Of a DNA stretch of 64,000 bases, positions 14,158-23,564 are shown in pieces (position 1 is the stretch's first letter; every line of letters starts with the position of its first letter). Location of the stretch: assembly GCA_965248355.1 (NCBI GenBank), contig OZ252098.1, forward strand, positions 1,088,001-1,152,000, written 5' to 3'. The notes beneath the pieces are model-generated. The model made no database searches. It saw only the letters and a program-made list of their open reading frames with translations, and was not told where the DNA came from. The translations under genes and the position numbers were made by a program. Origin of the DNA: Candidatus Latescibacterota bacterium. GTDB lineage: Bacteria; Latescibacterota; UBA2968; UBA8231.

Positions 14158-15138
14158 TCAGAAGGCGACGACCTCGTCGATCCGTTTCGCTCCGAGCAGG
14201 AGCATCATCAGACGGTCGAGGCCGAGGGCCACTCCGGAGGCCGCCGGCATCGAGGCGAGATCCCGAAGGAATTCCTCGTCCAGAGGCAATGCCGGTCGAT
14301 TCTCCTGTTGCCGCCGGACCCGCTCCGCGCGGAAGCGCCGTCGCTGCAGCCTGACGTCGGTCAACTCTCCGAAACCATTGGCGAGCTCGAGCCCGCCGGC
14401 GTATGACTCGAAACGCTCTGCCACCCTGGGATCGTGCTCGTCGAGGCGGGCGAGGGCGGCCACGGGCGCGGGATACCTCGTCAGGTGCACCCCTCTCCCC
14501 ATGCCGGCCAGTGCGGGCTCGACCCTTTCCACAAGCAGCATGTGGAAGACAGTCTCCCAGTCGTCGTGGCGGCCGACGCTGGCACAGTCAGCGGCTTGGG
14601 CGGCCTCCCGCAGCGACTTGGTGTCGGCTTCGAGGAGACAGCCTTGTGGAATCCCCGCATGAAGCTCGAAGGCCTCGGCCACCGTCAGACGGGGCCAAGG
14701 CGACGTCAGGTCGACGGCGCCGGACCCGGGGGTGCGGCCCAGGGGCCGACCGTTGACCCTTTCGGCGGCCTCCGAGAGGAGGCATTCCACGTCGGACATG
14801 ATGCGATCATAGCCGGCGCCGGCACGGTACCACTCCACCATGGCGAACTCCGGCCGATGGCTGGGGGAATGCTCGCCGCCGCGAAAGCAGCGGCAGATCT
14901 GGTAGATCTTCGGCGGGGCCCCCCGGGCCAGCAGTCGCTTCATGTGGTACTCGGGAGAGGTGATGAGCCAGCCGCCGCCGGCGAGTCGTACGGGCTCGAG
15001 GTGAGCATCCTGAGAGGGCGCGGGAACCGACGCCGGCGTCTCGACCTCGACGAAGCCATGACGCTTGAAGTACTCGCGAACCACCCCCAGGACCGAGGAC
15101 CTCACGGAGAGGAGCTCGTCCAGACCTCCACGGTCCAT
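14158..15138 (-). CDS. epmA: EF-P lysine aminoacylase (LysRS catalytic-domain paralog, PoxA/GenX)
   Basis: GFVEVETP, LITSPEYHMKRLL, HRPEFAMVEWYR, AERFE...ELANGFGEL, SGVALGLDRL; no anticodon-binding domain. Confidence 0.9.
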   Translation of the reverse strand: MDRGGLDELLSVRSSVLGVVREYFKRHGFVEVETPASVPAPSQDAHLEPVRLAGGGWLITSPEYHMKRLLARGAPPKIYQICRCFRGGEHSPSHRPEFAMVEWYRAGAGYDRIMSDVECLLSEAAERVNGRPLGRTPGSGAVDLTSPWPRLTVAEAFELHAGIPQGCLLEADTKSLREAAQAADCASVGRHDDWETVFHMLLVERVEPALAGMGRGVHLTRYPAPVAALARLDEHDPRVAERFESYAGGLELANGFGELTDVRLQRRRFRAERVRRQQENRPALPLDEEFLRDLASMPAASGVALGLDRLMMLLLGAKRIDEVVAF

Positions 15139-15227
15139 GGGCTGGCGGCCGGAGGCGCCGATCATCCTGAAGGCCGCGAGGCCTCGACGAGGGGTCTGGG
15201 AAGGTGAGTAGGATGAGGGCCCGCGGG

Positions 15228-16454
15228 TCAGGCCCTCTTCTCCTTGCAGATGAAGGTGGGCGGCCCCTTGTGCTCGATGAAGTCGGCGGTGATGATGCAC
15301 TCCTTCACTTCGCCCCTCGATGGCAGATCGAACATGATCTCGTACATCGCCGTCTCCAACACCGCGCGCAGTCCCCGTGCACCCATGGCCTTCTCCTGGG
15401 TGAGCTCCACGACTTTGCGCAGGGCGTGATCCTCGAAGCTGAGACCCAGGCCGTCCATCTCGAACAGCTTCTTGTACTGCCTGACGAGGGCGTTCTTCGG
15501 CTTCTCCAGGATATCGAGCAGGGCGTAATCGCTCAGGGGGTGGAGGGTGCTGATCACCGGGAGGCGACCGATGAGCTCGGGGATCAGCCCGTACTGGATC
15601 AGGTCTTCCGGCTCCACTCGCGACAGCAGTTGGCCGGTGTCGAGCTCGTCCCGGGCCTCGTGGCGGACGCCGAACCCCATGGCGCGGCTCCCCGTGCGGG
15701 CCGAGATGATCTTGTCGAGCCCGTCGAAAGCGCCGCCGCAGATGAACAGGATGTTCCTGGTGTTGATCTGAACGAGAGGCTGTTCGGGATGCTTGCGCCC
15801 GCCCTTCGGCGGTACTCCGGAGACGGTGCCCTCCAGGATCTTGAGCAGTTCCTGTTGCACCCCCTCCCCCGACACGTCCCGGGTGATGGACGGGTTGCCG
15901 GACTTGCGAGCCACTTTGTCAACCTCGTCGATGAACAGAATGCCCCGCTCCGCCTGAGCGACGTCGTAGTCGGCGGACTGAAGGATGCGCACCAGGATGT
16001 TCTCGACATCCTCGCCCACATATCCCGCCTCGGTGAGAACCGTGGCATCGACGATGGCGAAGGGGACCCGAAGAATCCGGGCCAGGGACTCGGCCAGCAG
16101 TGTCTTGCCGGTTCCGGTGGGACCGATGAGCAGGATGTTGCTTTTGGACAACTCCACGTCGGAGCTGCCCGAGTTGACCCGCTTGTAGTGGTTGTATACG
16201 GCGACGCAGAGGGACTTCTTGGCGCGCTCCTGGCCGATGATGTGCTCGTCCAGCTGCGCCTTGAGCTCTGCCGGCTTCGGCAGGGGATCTCCGTTGAGGC
16301 TGGGCTTTTGCTTGTCCTCCTCCTCCAGCACCTCGTTGCACAACGAGACACACTCGTTGCAGATGTGCACGGAGGAGGGGCCGGTGACGATTTTGTCGAC
16401 CTGCCCCACGCCCTTGCCGCAGAAAGCGCAACTGACGGTGTGCTTCTTCAGCAC
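15228..16454 (-). CDS. clpX: ATP-dependent Clp protease ATP-binding subunit ClpX
   Basis: C4 zinc finger CAFC...[33 protein letters not shown] and GRKHP; MGF loop. Confidence 0.97.
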   Translation of the reverse strand: MLKKHTVSCAFCGKGVGQVDKIVTGPSSVHICNECVSLCNEVLEEEDKQKPSLNGDPLPKPAELKAQLDEHIIGQERAKKSLCVAVYNHYKRVNSGSSDVELSKSNILLIGPTGTGKTLLAESLARILRVPFAIVDATVLTEAGYVGEDVENILVRILQSADYDVAQAERGILFIDEVDKVARKSGNPSITRDVSGEGVQQELLKILEGTVSGVPPKGGRKHPEQPLVQINTRNILFICGGAFDGLDKIISARTGSRAMGFGVRHEARDELDTGQLLSRVEPEDLIQYGLIPELIGRLPVISTLHPLSDYALLDILEKPKNALVRQYKKLFEMDGLGLSFEDHALRKVVELTQEKAMGARGLRAVLETAMYEIMFDLPSRGEVKECIITADFIEHKGPPTFICKEKRA

Positions 16455-16475
16455 GGCGTTCCTCTTCGGCCGCGC

Positions 16476-17207
16476 TCAGGTCGAGGTCGGGGCCGGCTCG
16501 TCGTCCTCTCCGTCCTCGGCAGCTCCCGGCTCGGCGCCTTCGGGAACGGCCAGGCTGGCATCGGTCTGCGTTTCCTCGGTGGACTCCGAAGCCGTTCCCG
16601 GCTCCGGTCCTCCGAATTCCTCGGCGAGCCCTTCGAGCTCCTGACCCTCTGCGGCCTCACCGCTGAGACGGCTGCCGTCCGAGGAGGCCTCCTCGGAGGT
16701 CTCCCCGGAGCCCGGCTTCATCACGTTGATCGCCTGAAAGCCCTTGGCGGTCTTGGTGACCATGAACTCCACCTCGTCTCCCTGGGTGAGGCTGCGATCC
16801 CAGGAGGAGATGTCCCGCCAATGCACGAAGACATCGGTATCGGCGGCGGTCGAGATGAATCCGTAGCCCTTGTCGTTGTTGAACCACTTGACGGCTCCTC
16901 GGATCCAGGTGTTTTCCTCGAGGCCGTCGCCGTCGCCGCGGCCCCGGAAGGAGGAGGCGTCGGTTCTTGCAGGACGGGAGGGCGGCGCCTGCGCCGAGGT
17001 GGGAGCCGCCTTGCCGCCTTCGACTTCCACGACGCGGTCGAGGATCTGCCGCCGGGTCGACTCGCCGCCGCTGCCGTCGAGAAGCCACTCGAGGCCGGTG
17101 AACAGGCCGATCACGTAGGAGCTGTCGGCGCCGTACAAGCGACGGGCCTGGACGATCCGGTCGGCGATGGATGAGATGTTCCCATGGTTGATCTGGAGCG
17201 ATGCCAA
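16476..17207 (-). CDS. Cold-shock-domain protein with N-terminal helical domain and long acidic tail
   Basis: Central GAVKWFNNDKGYGFI...DVFVHW...KGFQAINV (RNP1/RNP2); GGAGG Shine-Dalgarno before the TTG at 17207 (GTG at 17216 is an alternative start). Confidence 0.85.
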   Translation of the reverse strand: MASLQINHGNISSIADRIVQARRLYGADSSYVIGLFTGLEWLLDGSGGESTRRQILDRVVEVEGGKAAPTSAQAPPSRPARTDASSFRGRGDGDGLEENTWIRGAVKWFNNDKGYGFISTAADTDVFVHWRDISSWDRSLTQGDEVEFMVTKTAKGFQAINVMKPGSGETSEEASSDGSRLSGEAAEGQELEGLAEEFGGPEPGTASESTEETQTDASLAVPEGAEPGAAEDGEDDEPAPTST

Positions 17208-17318
17208 AACGATCACCCTCCTCCCGTAACCCAGGTCTACCCGGCGGAGCAGCGGCCACTCCCCGGGGCTTGATTCGACTGGAGCGACACTGTGGACGCA
17301 GTCACTCGGCAATCTTCC

Positions 17319-17348
17319 TAAGTACCAACACTGCCGTCACATTGTCAA
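17319..17348 (-). promoter_or_regulatory. Sigma70-type promoter for the csp-clpX-epmA unit
   Basis: TTGACA-N18-TACTTA on the minus strand, giving a 5' UTR of about 100 nt. Confidence 0.45.
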
Positions 17349-18844
17349 ATCTCGGCAACACCGCTCCACGGCGGCGCTCCGCCGCCCGGCGGCGGATGCT
17401 CGGTGATCCGGTACCCCTGTATCCCCTCGCGGATCCGCTGGGCGCTCACCTTGAGAATCCCGGTGACCGGAACGGCGATCAACATGCCCACCATACCCGA
17501 CAACTCGCTGCCTATCATCACCACCGTCAGCACCACCAGGGGATGCAGGTCGACGCTCCGAGCGACGACGATGGGCTGCACCAGCACGTTGTCGACGACC
17601 TGGATGCACAGGAACAGGACGACCACCTTGACCACCATGGCGGCACCGCTGCCCGTGGCCAGGGCTACCCCGGAGGCCGAGGCGATGCCGATGATCGGAC
17701 CCAGGTAGGGGATCATGTTCGCAAGGCCCGCCACGATGCCCACGGGAATGGCATACCGCAACTCCAACAGCATCAGGCCGGTCACCGAGAGGGAGGCCAC
17801 TACGGACACGGCGAGGAGCTGTCCGCGGATGTATCCGCCGATGGAGTTGTTGATGGAGTGCACGAGATAGAGGGTCATCTCGAAGTAGGCGTTGGGCACC
17901 ATCTCGACCAGGGCCCGGGTGATCCGCCGGCCCTCCTTGAGGAAGAAGAAGGCCACAAAGGGGACGATGACCACGAGCAGGACCCCCGATACGAAGCCGC
18001 TGACCAGCCTGGTCGTCACCGAGCCGCTCAGGAACCTCGTCGTGCGCTCGAGGAGAACCTCGATCAGCTGGTGGCTGTGGGTCGTGACCCAAGCGGTGGC
18101 GGCCGCCATGGACTCCTCTTCGAAGCCGAGGTATCGGCCGAGGTTCCAAGTCTTGGAGGTGATGCGGCTGACGAAGTGCGGACCTGCCAAGCCGAAGTCG
18201 AGGCCTCCGGCCGAGAGGGTCAATCCGCCCACGGTCCTGGCTCCCCCGTAGCTCCGCTCCCAGGCGCCCCTCTTGTCGCCTCGTTCAGTCCGGTTGCCGC
18301 GCAGGGGAATCGAATGGGGGTCGCCGATCAAACCCTCCAGGACGAGGGCTCCCTCATGGGTCTTCGCGTCGGGCGGAGCGAACTCGATCCGGATAGTCCC
18401 GTGCTCTCCCGGCTCCAGGACGAGGGTCCCGTCAGCCGGATCGAGGATGACGAAGGGGTTGGTCCCGGCCCCGGACCGGGTCGTGACCTGCAGGACCAGG
18501 GCCCGTTCGTCGCCGGCGGTGACTTCCACGGTGGCCTGGACGCGCTCGGAGCGCAGGAGGTCGGCGTAGAGCTCCACCATCTCCTCCGTCATCCGCTTGC
18601 CGAGCGTGACCACCCCAAACCCCAGCAGGAGGAAGGTAGCCAGGAAGATCATCAGGATGCTGGGCGTACGTCTTAGGCCCTTGGCCTCCATGCGATCGAC
18701 GACCGGCGTCAACACGTAGGCGAGGACGAAGGCCAGCACGAAGGGCGCCAGGATCCCCCGCAGCAGGTAGAGCATCCACAAGGCGACGAGGGCGGCGACG
18801 ACCACCCCCACCAGCTTGATCCTCGGCCCGAGAAGGGCGCCCAT
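17345..18844 (-). CDS. AI-2E family transporter with an inserted Ig-like domain
   Basis: PFVLAFVLAYVLTP, FFFLKEG, GYIRGQL, ANMIPYLGP and LVQPIVVARSVDLHP are AI-2E motifs; soluble insert of about 120 aa after TM2. Confidence 0.88.
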   Translation of the reverse strand: MGALLGPRIKLVGVVVAALVALWMLYLLRGILAPFVLAFVLAYVLTPVVDRMEAKGLRRTPSILMIFLATFLLLGFGVVTLGKRMTEEMVELYADLLRSERVQATVEVTAGDERALVLQVTTRSGAGTNPFVILDPADGTLVLEPGEHGTIRIEFAPPDAKTHEGALVLEGLIGDPHSIPLRGNRTERGDKRGAWERSYGGARTVGGLTLSAGGLDFGLAGPHFVSRITSKTWNLGRYLGFEEESMAAATAWVTTHSHQLIEVLLERTTRFLSGSVTTRLVSGFVSGVLLVVIVPFVAFFFLKEGRRITRALVEMVPNAYFEMTLYLVHSINNSIGGYIRGQLLAVSVVASLSVTGLMLLELRYAIPVGIVAGLANMIPYLGPIIGIASASGVALATGSGAAMVVKVVVLFLCIQVVDNVLVQPIVVARSVDLHPLVVLTVVMIGSELSGMVGMLIAVPVTGILKVSAQRIREGIQGYRITEHPPPGGGAPPWSGVAEI

Positions 18845-18846
18845 GC

Positions 18847-19437
18847 TCAGCCCCGGGCGGGCGAGGACTCACCGGCGCCCGCCTCGTCCTCCGCCGACTC
18901 GCGGTCCCCGGCCTCGGCCTCGAGCCGCCGCACCTGGTGGCGGGCCTCCCTCAGCAGCCGGCTGGTCTGACGCAGCCGGACCGCAGCCATCTGCGATAGC
19001 TGGATCACGATCTTCAGCCCGATGCGGGGATGGCTCTGGATCAGTTGCAGCAAGTCCGGACGGAAGAACCCCACGGCCTTCGTCGGCTCCCGCGCGACGG
19101 CCGTGGCGGTTCGGGGCGACTGGTCGAGGAGCACCTGGTCTCCGAAGAAATCCCCCTCCCGGAAGGTGGCGAGCTCGACCGTGGAGCCGTCCGCCTCCTC
19201 TTGGAGGATGGCCACCTCTCCTGACAGGATGACGTACATCCCGACCCCCATGTCGCCCTCCCGGACAATCGCCTCGTCCGGCGAGTAGCTGCGCGTATGC
19301 AGGACCTCCCGGATGTGCTCGAACTCCCGGCGGCTGAGGTCCTGGAAGATCGGCACCTTCGACAGCACTTCGTAGAACTCGTCACCGCCACGGTCTCTAC
19401 GGCGGAAGAGGTTGCTCCAGAAGGGGTCCGCGGGCAT
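18847..19437 (-). CDS. Stand-alone cyclic nucleotide-binding domain protein (no HTH)
   Basis: VPIFQDLS, IVREGDMGVGMYVILSGEV, GDFFGDQVLL...PRTATAVA; ends after the C-helix. Confidence 0.88.
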   Translation of the reverse strand: MPADPFWSNLFRRRDRGGDEFYEVLSKVPIFQDLSRREFEHIREVLHTRSYSPDEAIVREGDMGVGMYVILSGEVAILQEEADGSTVELATFREGDFFGDQVLLDQSPRTATAVAREPTKAVGFFRPDLLQLIQSHPRIGLKIVIQLSQMAAVRLRQTSRLLREARHQVRRLEAEAGDRESAEDEAGAGESSPARG

Positions 19438-19479
19438 CGGACGGAGGCCGGAATCGAGCCGTCTTGTGCCGCCGAGGGC

Positions 19480-19806
19480 TCAGGAAAGGACGGCGTCCAG
19501 CTTCTCGGTGATCTGGGACTTGGGGACGGCGCCGATGACCTGATCGGCCACCCTGCCTTCCCGGAAGATCAGGAGGGTGGGAATGCTCCGGATTCCGTAT
19601 TCCTGCGCCGTCTTCTGCGCCGAGTCCACGTCGAGCTTGCAGACCTTGGCGCGCCCGTCGTATTCGCCGACCAGCTCCTCCACGATTGGCGCCACCATTC
19701 GGCACGGACCGCACCAGGCGGCCCAGAAGTCGACGAGCACGGGGCGATCGAATTCCAGCACCTCGGACTCGAAGTTGTCGTCTGTCAGGACGATCGGGTC
19801 GGCCAT
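19480..19806 (-). CDS. trxA: Thioredoxin
   Basis: VDFWAAWCGPCRM and YGIRSIPTL; GGAGG Shine-Dalgarno. Confidence 0.97.
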   Translation of the reverse strand: MADPIVLTDDNFESEVLEFDRPVLVDFWAAWCGPCRMVAPIVEELVGEYDGRAKVCKLDVDSAQKTAQEYGIRSIPTLLIFREGRVADQVIGAVPKSQITEKLDAVLS

Positions 19807-19859
19807 TGAACCTCCAATCTGGTAAGTCGGTGTTTATCCGGCACTTAGTAATATTTTCC

Positions 19860-19889
19860 AATATACCGGGGAGCCTCTTTCCATGTCAA
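19860..19889 (-). promoter_or_regulatory. Sigma70-type promoter for trxA
   Basis: TTGACA-N18-TATATT in a locally AT-rich intergenic region. Confidence 0.6.
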
Positions 19890-20941
19890 CCCCGGGGGGG
19901 CCGCCGACCCGGCGGAACGAGGGCTGCCAGGCACAGATCCAGCACGGCCCTGTTGCGCACCCGGCCTCCTCCGCTCTTGAGCAGATCGTCAGCCCGGCGC
20001 AGCGCGCACAGGCCTCGCCAGAGGGCACGGGATGGCAGTCGAGAGGCCTGCTGCCGGTAGGAGGCCAGGAAATAGGGTGAGATCCCGAGATTCCGCGCCA
20101 TCTGCTCCTTCGGGAGTCCCTGTTTCTCGAGCTGTTGAGTGCGCAGAAGGAGCTGCAGGTGGCGGCTCATGAGCGGCAGGATCCGGTTGGGCTCCTCCCC
20201 CTGCTCCAGCAACGCCTGCAGCAGGCCTGAGGCCCGGGGGCGGTCCGCTGAGCCGACGGCGTCGGTGAAGTCGAAGACGCTCTCTCCACGGGTCGTGCCG
20301 ACCAGGGCTTCCACGTGTTCCCCCTTCACCTCGGCCGCGCCGCCGACGAACAGGGACAGCTTGTCGAGTTCGTTGGCCAGCTCCATGAGCTGGGTTCCCA
20401 CGTACATCCCCAGCCTCTCGACGGCCCCGGGGGATAGACGCATATCCCGCTCGGCCGCCATCTCCCGGACCACGTCTGGAAGCTGCCGGTCGAAGGGCAC
20501 CCTGAACTCGCAGGAGATCCCCTGTCTTGCGATCTGGGAGAACAGCCGCCGGCGCATGTCGATCTTGCCGCCCGCGGCGAGCAGGACCGAGGTCTCGGCG
20601 GGATTCTCCAGGATCGGCTCGAGGGCATTGCACAGGGGGGGAGTCAGGCGATCGATGTGGCGCAGAACCACCACCCGGTGGGCTGCCATCATCGGATAGG
20701 AGAAGTAGACGTCCAGGAGGCTCTTCGGATCGAAAGCGTCACCGTGAAACACGTCGACATTGAAGTCGCCGGCCACCTCGGGCCGGAGGCGATCCAGGAG
20801 CCATTTGTAGAGGCGCTCCCGGCGGTACGCTTCCTCTCCGTGAAGCAGAAGGAACGTCGTCATCTCCCCCGCCTCCACGTGCCGGCGAACGGCTTCCGGG
20901 GTCCATCGAGCGCTGTTCCGCGAACGCTTCGCCGCACTCAC
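19886..20941 (-). CDS. holA: DNA polymerase III subunit delta
   Basis: LLHGEEAY, FNVDVFHG, PMMAAHRVVV, LANELDKL, VFDFTDAV, ADDLLKSG. Confidence 0.9.
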   Translation of the reverse strand: MSAAKRSRNSARWTPEAVRRHVEAGEMTTFLLLHGEEAYRRERLYKWLLDRLRPEVAGDFNVDVFHGDAFDPKSLLDVYFSYPMMAAHRVVVLRHIDRLTPPLCNALEPILENPAETSVLLAAGGKIDMRRRLFSQIARQGISCEFRVPFDRQLPDVVREMAAERDMRLSPGAVERLGMYVGTQLMELANELDKLSLFVGGAAEVKGEHVEALVGTTRGESVFDFTDAVGSADRPRASGLLQALLEQGEEPNRILPLMSRHLQLLLRTQQLEKQGLPKEQMARNLGISPYFLASYRQQASRLPSRALWRGLCALRRADDLLKSGGGRVRNRAVLDLCLAALVPPGRRPPRG

Positions 20942-21117
20942 GGAGGCCCCCCTTCCGGGGACCGGTCCTCCACCTCCTCGAAGTCGGCCTCCACCACGCG
21001 GCTGCGATCGATCGTTGGGGGCTTGCTCCGGGGGGCACCGCTCCCCGTCCTGCCCAAGGCCCGCATGAGCCCGTAGCCGAGGCTGCAGAGCAGCCCGAAG
21101 AGCAGAAGCTTGATCAA
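20938..21117 (-). CDS. Small (59 aa) membrane-anchored protein, not in the ORF track
   Basis: TTG start: MIKLLLFGLLCSLGYGLMRALGRTGSGAPRSKPPTIDRSRVVEADFEEVEDRSPEGGPP; stop overlaps the holA start (GTGA); has its own upstream promoter. Confidence 0.7.
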   Translation of the reverse strand: MIKLLLFGLLCSLGYGLMRALGRTGSGAPRSKPPTIDRSRVVEADFEEVEDRSPEGGPP

Positions 21118-21156
21118 GGTGGCGTATTCGGAAGTGGGATGAGGGGGCTGGGGGGC

Positions 21157-21185
21157 AAACTACCCGCGTGCTCAGGGAGGGTCAA
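21157..21185 (-). promoter_or_regulatory. Sigma70-type promoter for the small ORF and holA
   Basis: TTGACC-N17-TAGTTT. Confidence 0.55.
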
Positions 21186-21226
21186 CAAGACGGGCCGCCG
21201 CCGACCGGCTCCCTGAAGCCGGCTGA

Positions 21227-23464
21227 TCAGCGAGATCGACGGTCGGCCACCCGCCTGCGACGGGCTCCTCCGGCCGATCGCCGGCCCTGGCGCGCGGCCC
21301 TGGCGGAGGCGCGGCGATCGGCACGGCCTCGCGGCCGATCCTTCCGCGAGCGCTTCGCGGCGGCGCCCCCTCTGACGCCGACGAGCACCAGGTCCATCCG
21401 CCGCGAGACGGGCTCGACACGTACTACCCGGACCCGTACCAGCGTTCCCATCGCAAAGACGACCCCGGTGCGCAGGCCGCGAAGACGGTGGCGGAACTCG
21501 TCGAATTCGTAGTCGTCGTCCTCGAGCAACCGCCGGGGGCAGAACCCCTCTACCAGCCACCCTTCGAGCTCGACGAAGAGGCCGGCCCCGACCACGCCCG
21601 ACACGATTCCGTCCACCTCCTCCCCCAGACGCCGGGCCATGAACCGCAGCTGCTTGATCCGCCGGTAGTCCCGTTCGGCGCCCTCCGCCCGGCGCTCGCA
21701 GTGGCTCGTCCACTCGGCGAGCCACTCGAGGTCGTCCTCGTCCGCTGCCTCGGCCCCGAGGAGGTGATCCCTCAAGAGGCGGTGGGCGAGGAGATCGGGA
21801 TAGCGCCGGATCGGAGAGGTGAAATGGAGATACGGTTCACAGGAGAGACCGAAATGGGCGCTGGCGGCGGCGGCGTATCGAGCTCGCATCATGGCCCGCA
21901 GCATGAGCTGCCGGAGCAGCGCCGAGTCAGGCCGGCCCTCCAAGGCCTCGAGGGTTCGCTGCAGCTGGCCGCTGTTCACGCCCTCCGAGGGGGGCAGCCG
22001 CCGGCCCAGGGACCCGGCCAGCAGGCGGAAGCGGTCCATCTTCTCCGGGTCCGGGGAATCGTGGATTCTGTAGAGCACGGAAAGCCCGGCTTCGAGGGCC
22101 TTCGAAGCCACCGCCTCGTTGGCGGCGAGCATGCACTCCTCCACGAACTGATGGCCGCGTCCGCGGAGGGCGGCAGCAAGGCGGACCGGCACGCCGTCGC
22201 CGCCGACGTCGACGACCGGTTCGGGCAGGTCGAAATCGATCGCCCCGCGATCCAGTCTCCGGGTGCGCAGGCGCTGGCCGAGATCGGACATCTCCGTCAG
22301 GAGGTCCCTGTGGTTTGCGGCGTCGCCGGGCCCCGGGCCTTCCTCGAGGGCGGCCTCGACCTGCGCGTAGGTCAGCCGCGCGGCGGACCGGATCACGGAG
22401 AGACCGAAGCGGCTCTCCAGAACTCGTCCGGCTCCATCGATATCGAGGAAAACGCTGACGGCCAACCGGTCTCGGCCGGGAGCCAGGGTGCACAGACCGG
22501 TCGCCAGCCCGGGCGGGAGCATGTGGATGACGCGATCGAGGAGATAGACGCTTGTCCCGCGCTCGCGGGCCTGTCGATCGACGGCGCATCCGCTGGGGAC
22601 GTAGTGGGCCACGTCCGCAATGTGAACACCGAGGCGCTGGCGGCCGTCCAGAAGGGACTCGAGGGAGAGGGCATCGTCGAAGTCGCGCGCCTCCTCGGGG
22701 TCCACCGTCAGGACCGTCAGCTCCCGCAGGTCGAGACGCCGCTCCAGTTCCCCTTCGCGATCAGCCTCCGCCCCGGCCAGGAGGGCGCCCACCTCGGCCT
22801 CCGCCTGTGGGTCCTCTTCCATCGGGATTCCGAGGGCCCAGGTCGAGGCGGCGAAATCGTGCTGGGGATCCTCGGGATCTCCGATCACGCGGCTCAGGCG
22901 TCCCCGGGGGGACCGCCTTGGTGCGGCCTCCAACTCCACCAGGACGAGATCCCCCTCACGAGGGGGGTTGGCCGGGGACTCGTCGAGAAAGACCAGCGAA
23001 TCGGCGGTGGCGACCGCACCGTGGCGTCCTCGGCGACGAAAGAGGCCCAGGCTCTGCCGCGGGACTCGCGCTCGAGTGCCCACGATGCGGCCGTGAGGAA
23101 GTCTCTCCCCGCCGTCTCCCCCCTCCGTGATCTCCACCTCCACCCAATCTCCGTCGACGGCCTCGGACAGGGCTCCGGCGGGGACGAACAGGTCCGGCTC
23201 GGCGCCGCTGCGGGACACGAGCCCGAAGCCCCGCGGGTGGATCCGGAGGCGTCCCCAGGCCCTTTGCACGGTGCTGGCCAGGGTGTAGCGCTGGCGGCCG
23301 ACCCGCCTCACCACGCCTTCCTTCTCCAGATCACGCATGGCCATGCGGAAAGGGCGGTACTCGGAGCTGTCGACGCCGAGGCTGCGGGCGAGATCCTTCA
23401 GCTTGGCAGGCCGGTAGTCCTCCCCCGAGAGGAGGGCGAGAATCCGCTCCCGGGCGGGAATCAC
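21227..23464 (-). CDS. rnr: Ribonuclease R
   Basis: N-terminal HTH, HPRGFG, TVDPEEARDFDDALS, GVHIADVAHYV, RGTSVYL, HFTSPIRRYPDL, C-terminal S1 domain and basic tail. Confidence 0.93.
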   Translation of the reverse strand: MIPARERILALLSGEDYRPAKLKDLARSLGVDSSEYRPFRMAMRDLEKEGVVRRVGRQRYTLASTVQRAWGRLRIHPRGFGLVSRSGAEPDLFVPAGALSEAVDGDWVEVEITEGGDGGERLPHGRIVGTRARVPRQSLGLFRRRGRHGAVATADSLVFLDESPANPPREGDLVLVELEAAPRRSPRGRLSRVIGDPEDPQHDFAASTWALGIPMEEDPQAEAEVGALLAGAEADREGELERRLDLRELTVLTVDPEEARDFDDALSLESLLDGRQRLGVHIADVAHYVPSGCAVDRQARERGTSVYLLDRVIHMLPPGLATGLCTLAPGRDRLAVSVFLDIDGAGRVLESRFGLSVIRSAARLTYAQVEAALEEGPGPGDAANHRDLLTEMSDLGQRLRTRRLDRGAIDFDLPEPVVDVGGDGVPVRLAAALRGRGHQFVEECMLAANEAVASKALEAGLSVLYRIHDSPDPEKMDRFRLLAGSLGRRLPPSEGVNSGQLQRTLEALEGRPDSALLRQLMLRAMMRARYAAAASAHFGLSCEPYLHFTSPIRRYPDLLAHRLLRDHLLGAEAADEDDLEWLAEWTSHCERRAEGAERDYRRIKQLRFMARRLGEEVDGIVSGVVGAGLFVELEGWLVEGFCPRRLLEDDDYEFDEFRHRLRGLRTGVVFAMGTLVRVRVVRVEPVSRRMDLVLVGVRGGAAAKRSRKDRPRGRADRRASARAARQGRRSAGGARRRRVADRRSR

Positions 23465-23564
23465 GGGAGACGCAATCCCGGGGAGTAAAGCAAGAGGGCG
23501 GCCCGAACCACCCGGGCCGCCCTCAGGGTGCGTCTGCGCGCCGCGGCGGCGCCGCAACAGGCCT

